Below the pieces are notes generated by a model. That model searched no databases. It saw only the letters and a program-made list of their open reading frames with translations, and was not told the origin of the DNA. Positions 1 through 13,910 of a stretch of DNA of 64,000 nucleotides are shown here, piece by piece. The first letter of the stretch is position 1, and the number at the start of each line of letters is the position of its first letter. The position numbers and the translations under genes were made by a program. Source of the DNA: Octopus bimaculoides (taxonomy: Eukaryota); NCBI RefSeq assembly GCF_001194135.2, contig NC_068981.1:16007528-16071527 (forward strand), given 5' to 3'.

Positions 1-1639
1 ATTAAGCCACGCGCCTTCATGTATGTATACATACACACATATGTTTTTATTTTATATATATGTATTATGTATATATATATATATATATATATACGTATAC
101 ATATGTATATATATACAAACATGCTCACGCATGCACACAAATACATGCACGTACGTACGCACACATACACATGCACACACATATATATATATACATACAT
201 ACGTACGTATGTACGTACATACATACATACATACATACATACATTTACTCTGCAGCCAATGCAGACATTACAATAAATTTGACACTACTCTGAGCAATGA
301 ATCTCTCCATCACTACAACTTTTATATTTTCGCAGTAGTTTCAAATTAATAACCTTAATTCAACATATATGTGTATGTGTTTGTGTGTATTTATGGTGAG
401 ATTTTATCGTTATTTCGTTATATAACTGTTATAGAATATATACAAATATATATTGATCATAGTGCACGCATTATCTCCTGTAAATTGAATACGTAGGATA
501 TAGTGGCTAGATATGTTTATTATATGAGAAAATGAAAATCACATCTGAGTTCCCCTGCGCATCTCAATATGTAGCTAATTCCTAGTATTGGCTTTTGTTA
601 ACCATCATTATAACTATGATAATATTACTGTGTACACATACGCATACATACAGGAATGTGAAGTCATCAGTCTATTAGTACGATTATCTATATTGATAAA
701 TGCAAATTTTCTATACGCGTGTCGGCATGGCTTATAGACAAGGGAGTAAAGGCCCGCACAGACGCTTTAACAATAAGAATGCAGTGCATAAATATGTGCA
801 TATAATTATACTTGTAAATGTGAATATCTGTCCGTCTCTCTGCATAGCTTTCAACAAATGGTACATATTTAGAAACATGGTAACCCAGATATGTATGTAT
901 ATTACTGTGGTCTACCGACCTGCAGCACAATTTCTGACCACCCTATGATGCCTTAGTGCTTATGACCAGCAGATTCCAAAGTAATAAGTGTACAGAGCAA
1001 AGAAAATAAATTTTAGTCGAAAAATTATGCTTAAACTATTCACAATGTGGATGACAATGAGAATAAGAAGCATATTAAAAACATATTTATCTATTAGATA
1101 TGTATCAATATAAATACGCTTCATATTGGATACTTCATATCAGACAATTCTGTAAAGCACAATTTTGTTGTTGGTAATATCATTTCCCTCGAAACTAAAT
1201 CCATTCCCATAAAAGTTAATTGGTTTCCTTATACTGAGTCCGAATATAAATGTTTTTATTTTTCATCATCGGCCCAACTGAATTTTTCTTACAAATAGAT
1301 TTTAAGAACAAACAACATTTTGTGAACGGTTAAAATTATGTCTAAATATACTCGATGATAAGAATAGTGAAACGTGGCAAAGCAAGATGCGAAGTGAGAT
1401 GAGACCATATATTTAAAAAAACCACCTCAAACGCCATAAAAGCAAGCCCCTAAGGAAAATATTCAGTACATTGTTAGCACGACAGGTGACGAAATATATA
1501 TGAATATTTAGGAATATAACAACATACTTTAGTCATGTATACATATATACATATAAAATTAGATATGTTTCGACGAAAGATTGGTCCAGGCCATGTCTAA
1601 TTTAATACACCACTTGATAGGATTATCTAAATCCTTTTC

Positions 1640-1890
1640 AAGTCAAGTTTTGTGGTACCATGGTTCATTCAAGTAGGGAGTTATTGTTGAGTCAGCTATA
1701 GGTGGCTTATCTGGTATTCCTTGAAAAAATTTGGCCAGATTCCGTTTAGAGGTGATGAGATATATGCGAGTAAGTGAAGAAACTGAAGAGAAAAAGGCAC
1801 TCAACACATTTTGAAGAAGTAATATACATTGTGTAAATGACTTTGATTCGTCTCACTGCCAGGTTTCTAAGACGAGCCTACGAAATTTAG
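1640..1890 (-). mobile_element. Degraded CR1-like LINE, 3' end relic
   Basis: Hand translation of the minus strand gives ...TSKRNLAKFFQGIPDKPP, resembling the CR1-group ORF2 C-terminus (FKRxLDKFLxxIPDxP). Boundaries approximate. Confidence 0.35.
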
Positions 1891-2019
1891 TTGCATGAGG
1901 CCGAACCGAATTGTGATTGTATATACATACATACTTACATACATACATATGATATTGTATGATATAATATAATTCAATGATGTATATACTCTTTTTCGTC
2001 GAAAATAAGTACCCACTAC

Positions 2020-2215
2020 TATAACAGCTTGTGATTCAAGGTCCACATTTATTCAACATTTTGCTAAACAGTCTCGGAGATATGCGAATAACCTGAGAAG
2101 AAATTTTTTTTACCCCAGATACCGTATGAACCCACATTGCAGCGAGCGGCACAAACAGGAGCAGTTCCTTCCAACTCGCTATCTCACCAGAAACAACAGA
2201 GAAAAGGAACCCAAG
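2020..2215 (+). mobile_element. CR1-like LINE, 3' end fragment
   Basis: Plus strand gives NSL*FK/GPHLFNILLNSLGDM...QIPYEPTLQRAAQTGAVPSNSLSHQ with frameshifts, matching the CR1-type C-terminal pattern GPxLFNxLP...IPDEP...SNSLxHQ. Confidence 0.5.
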
Positions 2216-2411
2216 CGCACTGAGACGATGAAACTCCCCCAAAATAAAGCAATACACACACACATGTATGTATATATATATATATATNNNNNNNNNNNNN
2301 NNNNNNNNNNNNNNNNNNNNNNNNNNNNNNNNNNNNNNNNNNNNNNNNNNNNNNNNNNNNNNNNNNNNNNNNNNNNNNNNNNNNNNNNNNNNNNNNNNNN
2401 NNNNNNNNNNN

Positions 2412-2461
<50 letters not shown>

Positions 2462-2462
<1 letters not shown>

Positions 2463-2778
2463 TAGGGTAACCCCCTTCCGTCATGACTGACCATGGGATT
2501 GCACCTTCAAAGTTATCCTCCGAGGCACAAATCTGGGCAAGGTTGTTTATAATGTGACCAGCAGTCACCTATATATACCATCTTCCACTCTACATGCCAC
2601 CAATGTTTTCCAAGCAAGGGCAAAGGCCTATACAGTTTGGCACCAGTGACATCACAACTCATTTCTACAGCTGAGTGAACTGGAGCAACGTGAAATAGTC
2701 TTGCACAAGAGCACAACACGAGGCCCGGTCCGGGAATCAAACTCACGACCTCATGATCGTAAGTTCGACGCTCTAACC
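2462..2778 (-). mobile_element. tRNA(Arg)-derived SINE
   Basis: Minus strand begins GGTTAGAGCGTCGAACTTACGATCATGAGGTCGTGAGTTTGATTCCCGG (partial A box, ACG anticodon-like loop, B box), continues with a CORE-like body (TATTTCACGTTGCTCCAGTTCACTCAGCTGTAGAAATGAG) and ends at a (CA)n tract. Confidence 0.7.
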
Positions 2779-3514
2779 TGTACACACACACATATATATA
2801 AGTATATGTGTGCATATGTAAGTATATGTAGTGCTATCAAGACGTCATATTTAACAATCGTACACCATTTTGTTTTAGTTACAACATATCATTTTTATTT
2901 ACTATTTACGTTACTACCATTGTATATTAAATAAATTTGGTTCCTTTTTCGACCACTGTTTATTTAATAATAGCATTTAACTGGCTAGTATTTATGTTCG
3001 TTATTCAAACTTTATGTTCTTATTCTCAGGATATGAAGTTTTTTGAAAAATACATGGCGACGTACATTATTGTAATCCGTTTTAACTAGACTAAAGTGAC
3101 TCGGACGTCATCGGAAAATAATAGAGATTTCAATGGAAAATGTTTAATGCTGACTACATCAGATTTGACTGAAGATACTATGTCTCTCCGTGTCTCAGTG
3201 TGCGCGAAGTCGTATATGTATTTGTTTGTTCGCCTGTGCATACATGTACATTTATATATATGTGTGTGTGCGTGCGTGTATGTATGTATGTATGTATGTA
3301 TGTATATGAATTGGTGCGTTTGTGTGTAGAATGCGTACATATACATGTGCACCTTTAATTATATAAACATACATATACTTAAATATATTAGTTTTCTCGA
3401 GTGACTTTAAATTAATAGATGTGAACGCAATACATACATTTATACATACACACACACACATAAACATGCAGACATACCATACATATGTATGTGTGTGTGT
3501 GTGTGTGTGTATGT

Positions 3515-3546
<32 letters not shown>

Positions 3547-5399
3547 GCATGTGTTTGTGTGTGTGGGGGGGGGGGGCGGTTCTACTATTGTTCTGGCTAT
3601 GCGATAAGATGGTGAAATCAACAAAAACTACTCCGTCTGGTGAGTGCTTTCTCGTGCTACTATTAGTTTTACGCGATGAAAGCATGTCAGTGAGCAGTGC
3701 CTGGATATATATATATATATACATATATATATATGTATGTATGTATGTATGTAGGTATGTATGTATGCATGTATATACACATAGTGTGTGTGTATGTATA
3801 TAAGTATTCTCGTGTGTGAGTGTATGTCTATATGTATGTTTATACTATGAAAGGCAGAAAGAGACTATCAGAAACAGTGTTTATGTAAGCTTACTAAGCA
3901 TATGTACCATTCGAGTTACTGAACTTTCATCACATCAGATCCAAACCAAATTTCTATCGTCAGGCTCAAAGTGACTAGGTAACACAATTGGTTCTTTGAT
4001 ATCGCTTAACACAATGACTTATATATATATATATGTAAATATATATATATATATTCACTCACATATACAGGTATATTGATGCCATTCACTGTGTTTACGT
4101 AAGATTTTTAGTCACATGACACCATAATATCATGCAGTTAAATATTATACATTGATAACATTACATATTATCTATGCTGTAGATGCCAATCATAGTCATA
4201 TTTTCCTAAAAGCATTGTTATATTAGCAATAAGAAATAATTTTAAATGGACCGTAATTAAAATTATTTCCCATACAACTTAAGAATGTAAATCAATAAAA
4301 AGTTTAAACCTGAAATCAAGTTATTTAGCTAATACTAATTAAAAAAGAAAAAAATTGCCTCTCGACTAATTAAATCTGTTTCAATGTAGTAATTTTAGTT
4401 GAAAAAATATTGCAGCGAATTTCCTTCACATAAAACGTTTCTAAACTTTATAAACCCCATTGTATAAGAAGTACTAGGTGCTCGCTCAGTGACTAAGCTA
4501 CAAGATGCTAACAGTTGCTACATCGTTTATCATAAACGTTTTTTTTTTGAGGGGGGGGTGTATTTAGCGCTTTTCAACCACAAATAACTGTAAACTCTAA
4601 ACGGCAGTATCAGATATAGCTTCTCAAAGTCAATGACAAATACTGTACATTATAGCTGTTTTTGGTGATGACGTGAGGGAACAAGATACAGCAGTCTCGT
4701 GGAGTTCGTACGCATCGATGAAAATTAAATAATTAAAGTAAAGTTTTTAGTCTATTTTAAATCATATATACCCTAGGGACTAGGCAAAATTTGGAAAAAT
4801 ACTTAAGTGTTGTAAATTGACGTTGCAGATAAAATAGACACGAAACGAATTATCATAAGCGTTGCAACTGCTCGCAAATTCGCTCGTTGTCAAAACATTG
4901 CTACATTGTAGTGATATCTTCAGCAGCTATTTTTCCAATTACAGCAGACTAAGCTGCCGCTCACATCCATCATGAGGGCCTCCGTGTTGATTCCCCGACC
5001 AAGCAATGCAGGCTTTTTTCCTTTCTTGTGGTTACAATGAAAACGATTGTATGTTGGATAAAACTGTAAGTGATTTTTTTTTAATAATGCCCACTTTTTG
5101 AACGATCTGCATAAGCGGTGCTGTGAGACAGACTATGAAAGAAAGTTCATTTTGCTGGTTGTCTTTTGTTTGCTGTAATGCTTTGTTTCTGGCATCCATA
5201 TCCCGAGAGCTCAAGCGTATTTCATGTGTGATCGTCTCTCTTTGGTTTCTTTCTTTTCTAGAATTTTATGAGATTTCGTGTGCTGAATTCTGTTATGATA
5301 CTATCATTGATTGTGGTGGGTTCTCTAATTATACCTGCAGTGAGCTGATATGCGTATTCCCTCTGTGTTCTTTATATGATTATTTTATTTCAACTTATT

Positions 5400-5700
5400 G
5401 AATCTTGATATCGGTTCATTTTCTGTACATTCACTAGTTTCATTCCAATTATATTTTTCCCCATTTCTTCCTGTAGTGGATATATTGCTGGTGTGTCGTA
5501 TGATTGTACCATTTCAGTATAGTATTCACTGATCGTTCGTTCTCTGTTAATCTTGAGTATAGTTTAGGCAGAAAATATATGAGCCCAGCCTTTTGACTGT
5601 GAATCAATTTAAGAGAGGATACTTTTCCTGAAACGCATGTTTCAATATTTACGCATTGTAACCTCAACAAATTCACATTATGTTTATTATCCAAACGCAT
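5400..5700 (-). mobile_element. Possible very old R4/Dong-like relic
   Basis: Minus-strand ETCVSG...HSQKAGLIY...KWYNH loosely parallels the R4 motif order ETIxHIVSGC...RHDKV...WYxH. Weak. Confidence 0.2.
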
Positions 5701-5915
5701 TCATTCAAATATTTTTGCTCCCGTTTTAAACATTTATGAACACTCTTCATTTCATTTTGAATTGTGTTAGTTATATTTCGAGCTCGTATTGTTTCACTTT
5801 TTCCGTTGAAGTGTTCGTTTGTTTTATTCGTATTCAAAAGTTCGTTTAGATTACCTTGTCTCGATTTTTATTATTATTATTATTATTAATATTAATATTA
5901 TTAATATTATTATTA

Positions 5916-5946
<31 letters not shown>

Positions 5947-5958
5947 TATTATTATTAT

Positions 5959-6085
5959 TTTATGTTTGACTTTTGTTTTGCATTTGTACAAGTTGGATCC
6001 AAGTCTCACCCAGAGACCTCATGAGACAACAAGTTAGAAGTTTATGCAGGTGTTATGCCTAGGGTACCATATATTTGGATTTGTA

Positions 6086-6087
<2 letters not shown>
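5959..6087 (-). mobile_element. R4/Dong subfamily-2 3'UTR fragment between two (ATT)n tracts
   Basis: Near-identical to 38492-38620 and to the reverse complement of the 3'UTR at ~22530-22660, which follows an RLE domain and stop codon. Confidence 0.8.
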
Positions 6088-6140
<53 letters not shown>

Positions 6141-6505
6141 GAGAGAGTAGTACGTGAAACGGATAAAATATACAAAGCCCAGTATACACTTCATGACCAC
6201 CTGTCTGATAAGGGTACGCCAGGCACATGCATCACAATCATATGTGCGCGACATGGTGATCTCATATCAAGATAAACAGCGCATGACCTTACAGATGGTG
6301 GCCCAGTTGGAATTTTTTTCAGGTCCAGTAGCCTTTCCCGCTAAAAATGTCCGTGAATAAGGATGTTGAACAAAACACCCATGTTTCCAGAGGTGAATTA
6401 TCCAACCCCAAAAGTATTCCTCTCAACAGATGGCTATGATGCTCCCCGACTACATCTTCTCGTGATCAGAAATGCACATATCGTCAGCCACTAAGGGTCA
6501 TATGT
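6141..6505 (-). mobile_element. ~550-bp unclassified interspersed element, partial copy (3' two-thirds)
   Basis: Clearly homologous to 25763-26293, 31436-31975 and 32061-32614 (shared GACATGGTGATCTCATATCAAGATA-type block); begins directly after (ATT)n. Confidence 0.8.
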
Positions 6506-6518
6506 GGCAAATTATTTA

Positions 6519-6690
6519 GCTGCATCTCGTTCGTCTTTACTTTCTGAGTTCAAATTCCACCGAGGTCGTCTTTGCCTCTGATCTTTTCGGGATCGATATA
6601 TTAAGTATCAGTTACGCACTGGGGTCGATGTAATCAAATAGCCCCCTCCCCCAAAATTTCAGGCCTTGTACTTATGGTAGAAGGGATTTT
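6519..6690 (+). mobile_element. tRNA-derived SINE, 5'-truncated, type-B tail
   Basis: B box GAGTTCAAATTCC followed by GAGGTCG...GGGGTCGATGTAATC...CCCCAAAATTTCAGGCCTTGT; same family as 36835 and 54462. Confidence 0.75.
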
Positions 6691-6741
6691 TATTATTCTT
6701 ATCATCATCATCATCCTTATATCTCTGAGCTCCCAGAATCG

Positions 6742-6830
6742 CTTACAGCATTTCGTTCATCCTTACGTTCTAGGGTCAATAAATAACACTGAAGGAGTGT
6801 GGTCGATGTAATCGCCTTGTACCCCATGAA
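6742..6830 (+). mobile_element. Internally deleted fragment of the same SINE family
   Basis: GCATTTCGTTCATCCTTACGTTCT...GGTCGATGTAATCG matches two separated blocks of the family. Confidence 0.45.
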
Positions 6831-6856
6831 ATTATTATCATTATTATTATTATTGT

Positions 6857-7219
6857 TCAGTAGTTTTATTTTTATAACGTGCTTTCACTCCACTACCGAG
6901 CGCAGCTCTGTGCGCCTTGGGTATGTGCTGTGGTTTGCTGTGGTGCTCTTATGTTTACTGTATTGAAAGTGTTTTACGTAGAATGTGTGCAGTACACAGT
7001 AGTGCAATTTTCTGTATGTTATATATATTTGTAAGTCCTGGTGTTTTTGTTATGTATTTGTCTGAATATTTTTTTATTATACCTAAGGCACCTACTATGA
7101 TAGGAATTGTTTCTGTTTTTAGACTCCACATTCGAGTTATCTCTATTTCCAGGTCTTTGTATTTTGAAAGTTTTTCCATTTCTTTTAGAGAAACGTTGTC
7201 ATCTGCTGGTATTGATACA
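6857..7219 (-). mobile_element. R4/Dong-clade LINE, 5'-truncated 3' end (subfamily 1), RLE C-terminus plus 3'UTR
   Basis: Open frame VSIPADDNVSLKEMEKLSKYKDLEIEITRMWSLKTETIPIIVGALGIIKK...TAHILRKTLSIQ* (stop 6955-6957), then a ~100-bp 3'UTR with AATAAA. (TAA)n on both sides. Confidence 0.85.
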
Positions 7220-7719
7220 ATTATTATTATTATTACTATCATTATCATCATCCTCAACATCGTCAACATTCGGGAGCTTGCTTTTGAGAATTCAGTACAG
7301 ACAGACAATGCAGAGTAATCATAGTCCGGAAATTCCTTTGTGTGACCAATAAGTAGAGGGATTCTGCGGTAAAGGAAGACATACCCTTAGGTATAACAAG
7401 TTGAAGCAATCACTATAATACCTCGAGCTTATTCTAACAGTTTGAGAATGTCATTGCCTAGATCGATCTGAGAGGTGTAAAATGTGTCATTACGCATCTA
7501 AAGAATTTGGGTTGCAGAAACAGAACATGGAAAGAATTATGTCCTACAATGAATAGACACATTTCTCCAATCCCAGGCAAAATGAAATTATCATTGTCCC
7601 CATTGACACATCATAGAAAAAAATCCCTACCTGCACTCAAATTACAGTCATCAATCGCAAATACATGCAGCTTCTTTTATATTTTAATCCTTTCCTTCAA
7701 ACACAAACAATCCTACCTC

Positions 7720-7722
<3 letters not shown>

Positions 7723-7786
<64 letters not shown>

Positions 7787-7880
7787 CAGCAGTAGTAGTA
7801 GTAGCATTAGTAGTTGTAGTATTAGGACGAGGAGGAGGAGAAGGAGGAGGAGGAGGAGGAGGAGGAGTAGAAGCGAGGAG
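7723..7880. repeat. Compound microsatellite (AGT)n/(AGG)n
   Basis: Directly visible; accounts for ORFs 7507..7920, 7665..8003 and 7713..7910. Confidence 0.95.
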
Positions 7881-9022
7881 GAAGTGCAACAAGAAGAGGA
7901 AAAATATCAAGCATTATTAGTTATACACTTAAGGCAGTCAATAACAGCACTTTTAGTGCAAAGGACAAAATGCTTTGTGCTGTTTGCCTTTGTTCCCGAA
8001 TGATCTATAAGAAGTTAACTTTTTACGTAAAAAAATCTTGAAAAATCTGTATTAAAAAGAAACGTGATAATATAATTTATAAATAGTTTTGATTCAATAT
8101 TTTGTTAAAAGTATTCCCCATAACTGAGGTATATATATTGTTCTTTTCAACACGATTAGTTTTTTCACAGAAATTCTGATTTATATAACTGTTGAAATTT
8201 AATATATATCTGCATTGATTAATGAGTAATTTTAAACTAACATTTTCACTATCTTATAAGCGTTTCCAATTCTCTATCCCAATAATAAATATAAATATGA
8301 AACCAGTAATAATTTTAAAATATAGATTTTAAATTAAAGAAAGTGGAAAGAAACTGCTAAATATTCTCACTAGAATGCGCTTTTCATTACGAGTCACTGA
8401 AATGTATACAAACCCGTTGAGACAATACAAATGACGAAAGAAGAAATTATAACTCGAAGAAACGCTAATATATTGGGTTAGAAAATATCAGTGATTGGTA
8501 AGTATACAGTCATTATCGGTAAAATCTAATTCCAATAACGCTGGGGAAATCAACATTTAAGTCACTGTCATTATATCTAAAACACAAAATATGGTATACT
8601 GACGATAACATATTTCGTACTGATAGCTTTCTCAAACACATTTGCTGTAGTAAAGTGAAGTTTGAAAGATACTTAAGGACTGTGAATGTAGAAGGATATG
8701 AAATAAAATCAAAACCTCATATTACTATTTAGCAACAAGGTTAATACGTTCCATCAGTGTCCTAGGGCCTTTTACGAAAAGAGTTAAATCATTTGTCTAT
8801 ATCATTTCCATACGCTGTTTCCTTTTCGAGTGGTTTTACAACATTTCACACAAGGTCATTTACGTGCCATATTTTCTCATGAAATTAAAAGCTAGTCAAA
8901 CTGTAACTGTATTGCATGTTATACAAAACCATCGATAACGAAATGTGAAGAAAATTGTATCTATACATGTATGAATGCATATGTGTCTCTGTATATGAAT
9001 ATATACATAGATATATGCATGT

Positions 9023-9073
<51 letters not shown>

Positions 9074-9377
9074 NNNNNNNNNNNNNNNNNNNNNNNNNNN
9101 NNNNNNNNNNNNNNNNNNNNNNNNNNNNNNNNNNNNNNNNNNNNNNNNNNNNNNNNNNNNNNNNNNNNNNNNNNNNNNNNNNNNNNNNNNNNNNNNNNNN
9201 NNNNNNNNNNNNNNNNNNNNNNNNNNNNNNNNNNNNNNNNNNNNNNNNNNNNNNNNNNNNNNNNNNNNNNNNNNNNNNNNNNNNNNNNNNNNNNNNNNNN
9301 NNNNNNNNNNNNNNNNNNNNNNNNNNNNNNNNNNNNNNNNNNNNNNNNNNNNNNNNNNNNNNNNNNNNNNNNNNNNN

Positions 9378-9413
<36 letters not shown>

Positions 9414-9749
9414 CCATAACATGCATTTGTTACCTTAAATGAAGTTTGTGAATGTAAAGTGGTCAGAATGTAACCTACTCTCTGGAATCTCACATCATGG
9501 ACATAGACGACCAGAATCTCTACTTGGTCTCAGGAAAATTCATGCCATGATAAACATCAATAGTACACTCCGCAACAGGGGCCAAAGATATATTTTCTCG
9601 TTCCTTCACAAATAACATGAAACAGTCCTTAAGCTGAAGTTTACTAGCAGCAATTTTATCAGCATGATATAGTTCAGATGGCAATAAATGATCAAAGGCT
9701 CATATTTATCCTAAACGTAACACTCTTACTTTATCCAGCCTTGGTAATC

Positions 9750-10065
9750 CAGAAACTTAACTGGGAATTAATAAGAAATGGTATCTCGATAGAGAAGTGT
9801 ATAACACTTTTCGAGCAAGTATTTCCATATAGAAAGTACGATATAATATATTTCTTCTCATGAAAAGGACAACAAACACAAAACCACTATGCCTAGAGCA
9901 AGAAAAGTGCTCTTTATAGGAAGAATGAAGAACTGATGACACCTAAACGAATATATTATGAAGAGCGAGGAGGCCCACAAGGAAAGACAATTGTAAGGGT
10001 GGACATGAAACAAATTTCCACTCCTATATGGGAAGAATAGTTAGAAGAAAGAAGAATCAGATTTG
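9750..10065 (+). mobile_element. Degraded RTE-like LINE, 3' end
   Basis: Frameshifted translation S(W)KDNKHKTTMPRAR...GRMKN...TPKRIYYEERGGPQGKTIVRVDMKQ...WEE*LEERR resembles the RTE C-terminus (SWxDKxTN..., PKxILYGE...GGP...DMK...WEE...DR); ends at (TG)n. Confidence 0.4.
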
Positions 10066-10067
10066 TA

Positions 10068-10106
<39 letters not shown>

Positions 10107-12555
10107 GCTATATTACGTATGCTTATATATCCGTATATACACATATGTAACTAGCATACAATAATATGCATTCATACATTCATACATATAGAATTATATA
10201 TATATGTTGGGAGCAGTAGTCTAACCAGCTGACTATAAATAAATAAATATATATATATATATATATATATANNNNNNNNNNNNNNNNNNNNNNNNNNNNN
10301 NNNNNNNNNNNNNNNNNNNNNNNNNNNNNNNNNNNNNNNNNNNNNNNNNNNNNNNNNNNNNNNNNNNNNNNNNNNNNNNNNNNNNNNNNNNNNNNNNNNN
10401 NNNNNNNNNNNNNNNNNNNNNNNNNNNNNNNNNNNNNNNNNNNNNNNNNNNNNNNNNNNNNNNNNNNNNNNNNNNNNNNNNNNNNNNNNNNNNNNNNNNN
10501 NNNNNNNNNNNNNNNNNNNNNNNNNNNNNNNNNNNNNNNNNNNNNNNNNNNNNNNNNNNNNNNNNNNNNNNNNNNNNNNNNNNNNNNNNNNNNNNNNNNN
10601 NNNNNNNNNNNNNNNNNNNNNNNNNNNNNNNNNNNNNNNNNNNNNNNNNNNNNNNNNNNNNNNNNNNNNNNNNNNNNNNNNNNNNNNNNNNNNNNNNNNN
10701 NNNNNNNNNNNNNNNNNNNNNNNNNNNNNNNNNNNNNNNNNNNNNNNNNNNNNNNNNNNNNNNNNNNNNNNNNNNNNNNNNNNNNNNNNNNNNNNNNNNN
10801 NNNNNNNNNNNNNNNNNNNNNNNNNNNNNNNNNNNNNNNNNNNNNTATATATATACACATACATATGTACATACACACACATACGCGCACACACATATAT
10901 ATATTGATATATACAAACATAGATATATATATATATATGCATACATACATATATAGATATATATACACACACATCTACATACACACACATATATATATTC
11001 TAGCTTAGAAATGTTTACTGGTTAGTCCCACCCTATCTCTCGCGTTTTCTGTCGCTCTCAGTTACATTCTCTGTATTTTTCTTTTTTGTCTATATCCTTA
11101 TCCTTTCTATCTCATGTACAACTGCTACCCATATATTCGGAACAGCCGATACAACGCTTCCGCTTTTGATTCTCTCCGTCTCACACCATGCCTGAATTTA
11201 AAATTTGTCCAATCCTCAATCCTAAGACCCACATTCCTATGGAATTTGAATTCTCCTGTGTACATCAACCTATAGTCATTCAAATATTAAGACCCTTTAA
11301 ATTTATGAGCAACTTTTCTTATTTTTCTGGCTTTAAGAAAAGAGTGCCAAGCTATGAAGCTTTGACTTCTATTTAGCATTGTTGATTATTTCCCCTATAA
11401 ATTAAGAAACTGCATGATAAAACTCCTAAACGTGTTATTTTTCAATTTACACAGAAACTTCATTCATGAAATATAAGAATTGTCTTGTACAAAATTACTG
11501 AAAATGCAGTTATCTGAAAGCCTGTTATTTACAGGTCAATATGAGACAACGTTCAAGAAGTTGCGTTTTTAATTAAATATATCGTTTACAGAAGTGGCCA
11601 TTACAAATCAAGTTAATCCCCTTAATCTCTATAAATCTATGATTTATGGATTGCAGAAATTAAATTCCAATATATGAAGTGATTACGCCTCTAATACCAT
11701 TAACATATGTTACAAAATCTAACCAACCTAAGCTAGCTTTTTTTCCTTCTCTTTCAGATTAGGTAACGGTCATATAATGTAGAACGTCGTCGACATATAC
11801 AACTGTATCATGTGTTAATAAATGTGTATAAACAAACGGAAATCCTGGTTTATGCCTATAATGTGATTCGATCGATCAGATACTAGAAGAGTTTTTAAAA
11901 TTCACAGTAAAATTAGTCATACCTAATTCCACTAGTTTTCACAGCCGATTAGTTTTCTTTTTTCTCTCTTTCTTTACAAATATCTAGCTTGCAAGTATTT
12001 ATATTTTAATAACATATTTACTTTGCACGTAGGTAATCCTTTATGAACTAAATTATTTCTTCATGAAATTATATATTCCACCGATAATAGAAATTGCTTT
12101 CAGCACTTATAATATTGGTTAAAGTTTAAAATATAATTTTAATTGCAGTCGCCTTCAGATATTTGGCAGTTCTAGAAAAGTAAAATTATAATTACTTTTT
12201 ATAAACTTTAGCAAAATATGAATTGATTGAGTAGTAACAGCGCTGTGATTTGCGGGTTGCAGACGTAGACGAGAAAATATAAATATGGTTCAGCAAAGAG
12301 AAGTTAAATGGGAAGCATACAAAATATGAGAGTTTAAATTAAATCTTGGCTAAAGCAGACACTTGGAATATAAGGGGAAAAAAAGCCTCGTGCTCCGAAA
12401 AGTGTAGAGCTGGATATATTCCATTAGTATCAACGATGCCTGTCGCTGCTAGAGAGAATGACTCTGTTGGAAGGAGGCGATGTCATTGAGATCGACAGTT
12501 GACTGGGAGTAAAAGTCAAGCTTGGTGTATTATATATGAATATATATGCACGTAT

Positions 12556-12737
12556 AAAGCGATGAGCTCGCAGAGTCGCTAGCATACCGTGATTAAGGAC
12601 ATTATGTTCGACTTTACGTTCAGAGTACAACTTCCGCCGAAGTCGTCTTTGCCTTTTATCCTTTCAGAGTCAATAATCGGCGTTAATGCAATCGACTTAC
12701 CGCATCCCTGAAACTGTAGGCATTGTGTCAAAATTTA
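12556..12737 (+). mobile_element. Old, near full-length tRNA-derived SINE
   Basis: AAAGCGATGAGCTCGCAGAGTCGCTAGCATACCG head, TTTACGTTCAGAGTACAACTTCCGCCGAAGTCG (decayed B box) and GGCATTGTGTCAAAATTT tail; same family as 54654-54890. Confidence 0.65.
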
Positions 12738-12806
12738 AAGCCAATATATATGTGCGCATGTGCGTGTTTATTTGCATATGTATGTTTGTACATGAATAAC
12801 TGTATA

Positions 12807-13039
12807 CAGTTTTGACCAAAAGTCACCTGACAGTAAATCAAAACTTTAATTCCAAAATTTACGTTTAACAACTGAATGAGACTTCGCTAATAAATAGACA
12901 AATATTGAAAGAAAAAACGGTGATTTTAACTCACAGCATTCAATTATTAAACATTCATAATTGAAATGAATAAATAAAATTGAATATTAAATATTTACGG
13001 AATTTTGATTTACTGCCAGGTGACTTTTGGCCAACCTTG
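12807..13039. mobile_element. Tc1/mariner-type MITE (233 bp)
   Basis: ~36-bp TIRs: CAGTTTTGACCAAAAGTCACCTGACAGTAAATCAAAA on the left and reverse complement CAAGGTTGGCCAAAAGTCACCTGGCAGTAAATCAAAA on the right; TA on both flanks (12805-12806, 13040-13041); AT-rich non-coding interior. Confidence 0.85.
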
Positions 13040-13689
13040 TATATATGCGTGTGTGTGTATCCCTATTCTTTCTGTATTTTGCTACTTTTGCAACTATTTT
13101 AACGTAATTAAATTCCAGATGTACTAATCAAGTCTTACATTCCCTTGCAGAAACTGAGTAAAATATCACATTGAATGTAATATATGCCAAACCTTCAGTT
13201 TGGCATATGTTATTTACCTCAAGTGAAATGAAAAGTCTTAAAATAGGAATTGTTACTAATCAAAAATGTTGATGTGAGAAAACTTAGTAATCTTTTACTC
13301 TTCTATTTTTTTTAGAATGCGTATCAATTGCTTCTGTTTATTGGATTGATCTTTAAGTTTCTTAGAAATGATCATAAAATTTAATAGTATTCCAAGGCAG
13401 GATAAGAAAAAAAATTACTAACATCAATGACACTCACTCCAAGATTAAATAGTACTTTCAAAAGTGTCATTCGTTCAAGTAAATAGTCGGAAAATTCTCT
13501 AGATTTAATGTCAAAAAATAGAGATACTTTAACATATGGACTTCACACAACTGCATGACCCCGGAATCGATAGCTTTTGCAGCAGCATGGGCAAATATCT
13601 TAAAGTTTTTCAACATATATTGGGGATGACTTATCAGTGGAAGTTAGTAGACGTGGAACAGTACACTACGTAAGATATGCATATATATA

Positions 13690-13910
13690 TGATGGGAAAT
13701 GAAAAGTTCCTGGCTTTTTAAGGGTGTCGCAAAATGCCTGGTTGGAGGTGCAACTTTTCGAGTTCTTTTATACAGCTTAGAAAAGCTGAAGGACCGCTAC
13801 AATAAGTGTGTGAACCTGTGAGCGGAAAATGTTGAATGAAATCATAATTAATTGATCCTTCTGTATTTTCTGTTACCCAAACCCAGGAACTTCTCTGCCC
13901 CAACACCTCG
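13690..13910 (+). mobile_element. mariner-derived MITE / internal-deletion element
   Basis: Imperfect TIRs (TGATGGGAAATGAAAAGTTCCTGGCTTT; right end in reverse complement CGAGGTGTTGGGGCAGAGAAGTTCCTGGGTTT) in TA context. The interior keeps LEKLKDRYNKCVNL...NVE*, like the mariner transposase C-terminus (KLxxRWxKCxxxxGxYVE). Confidence 0.75.

Noticed and set aside
7465-7560. CKMCHYAS, zinc-finger-like
   Set aside because: No correctly spaced histidines, an early stop and no splice support.
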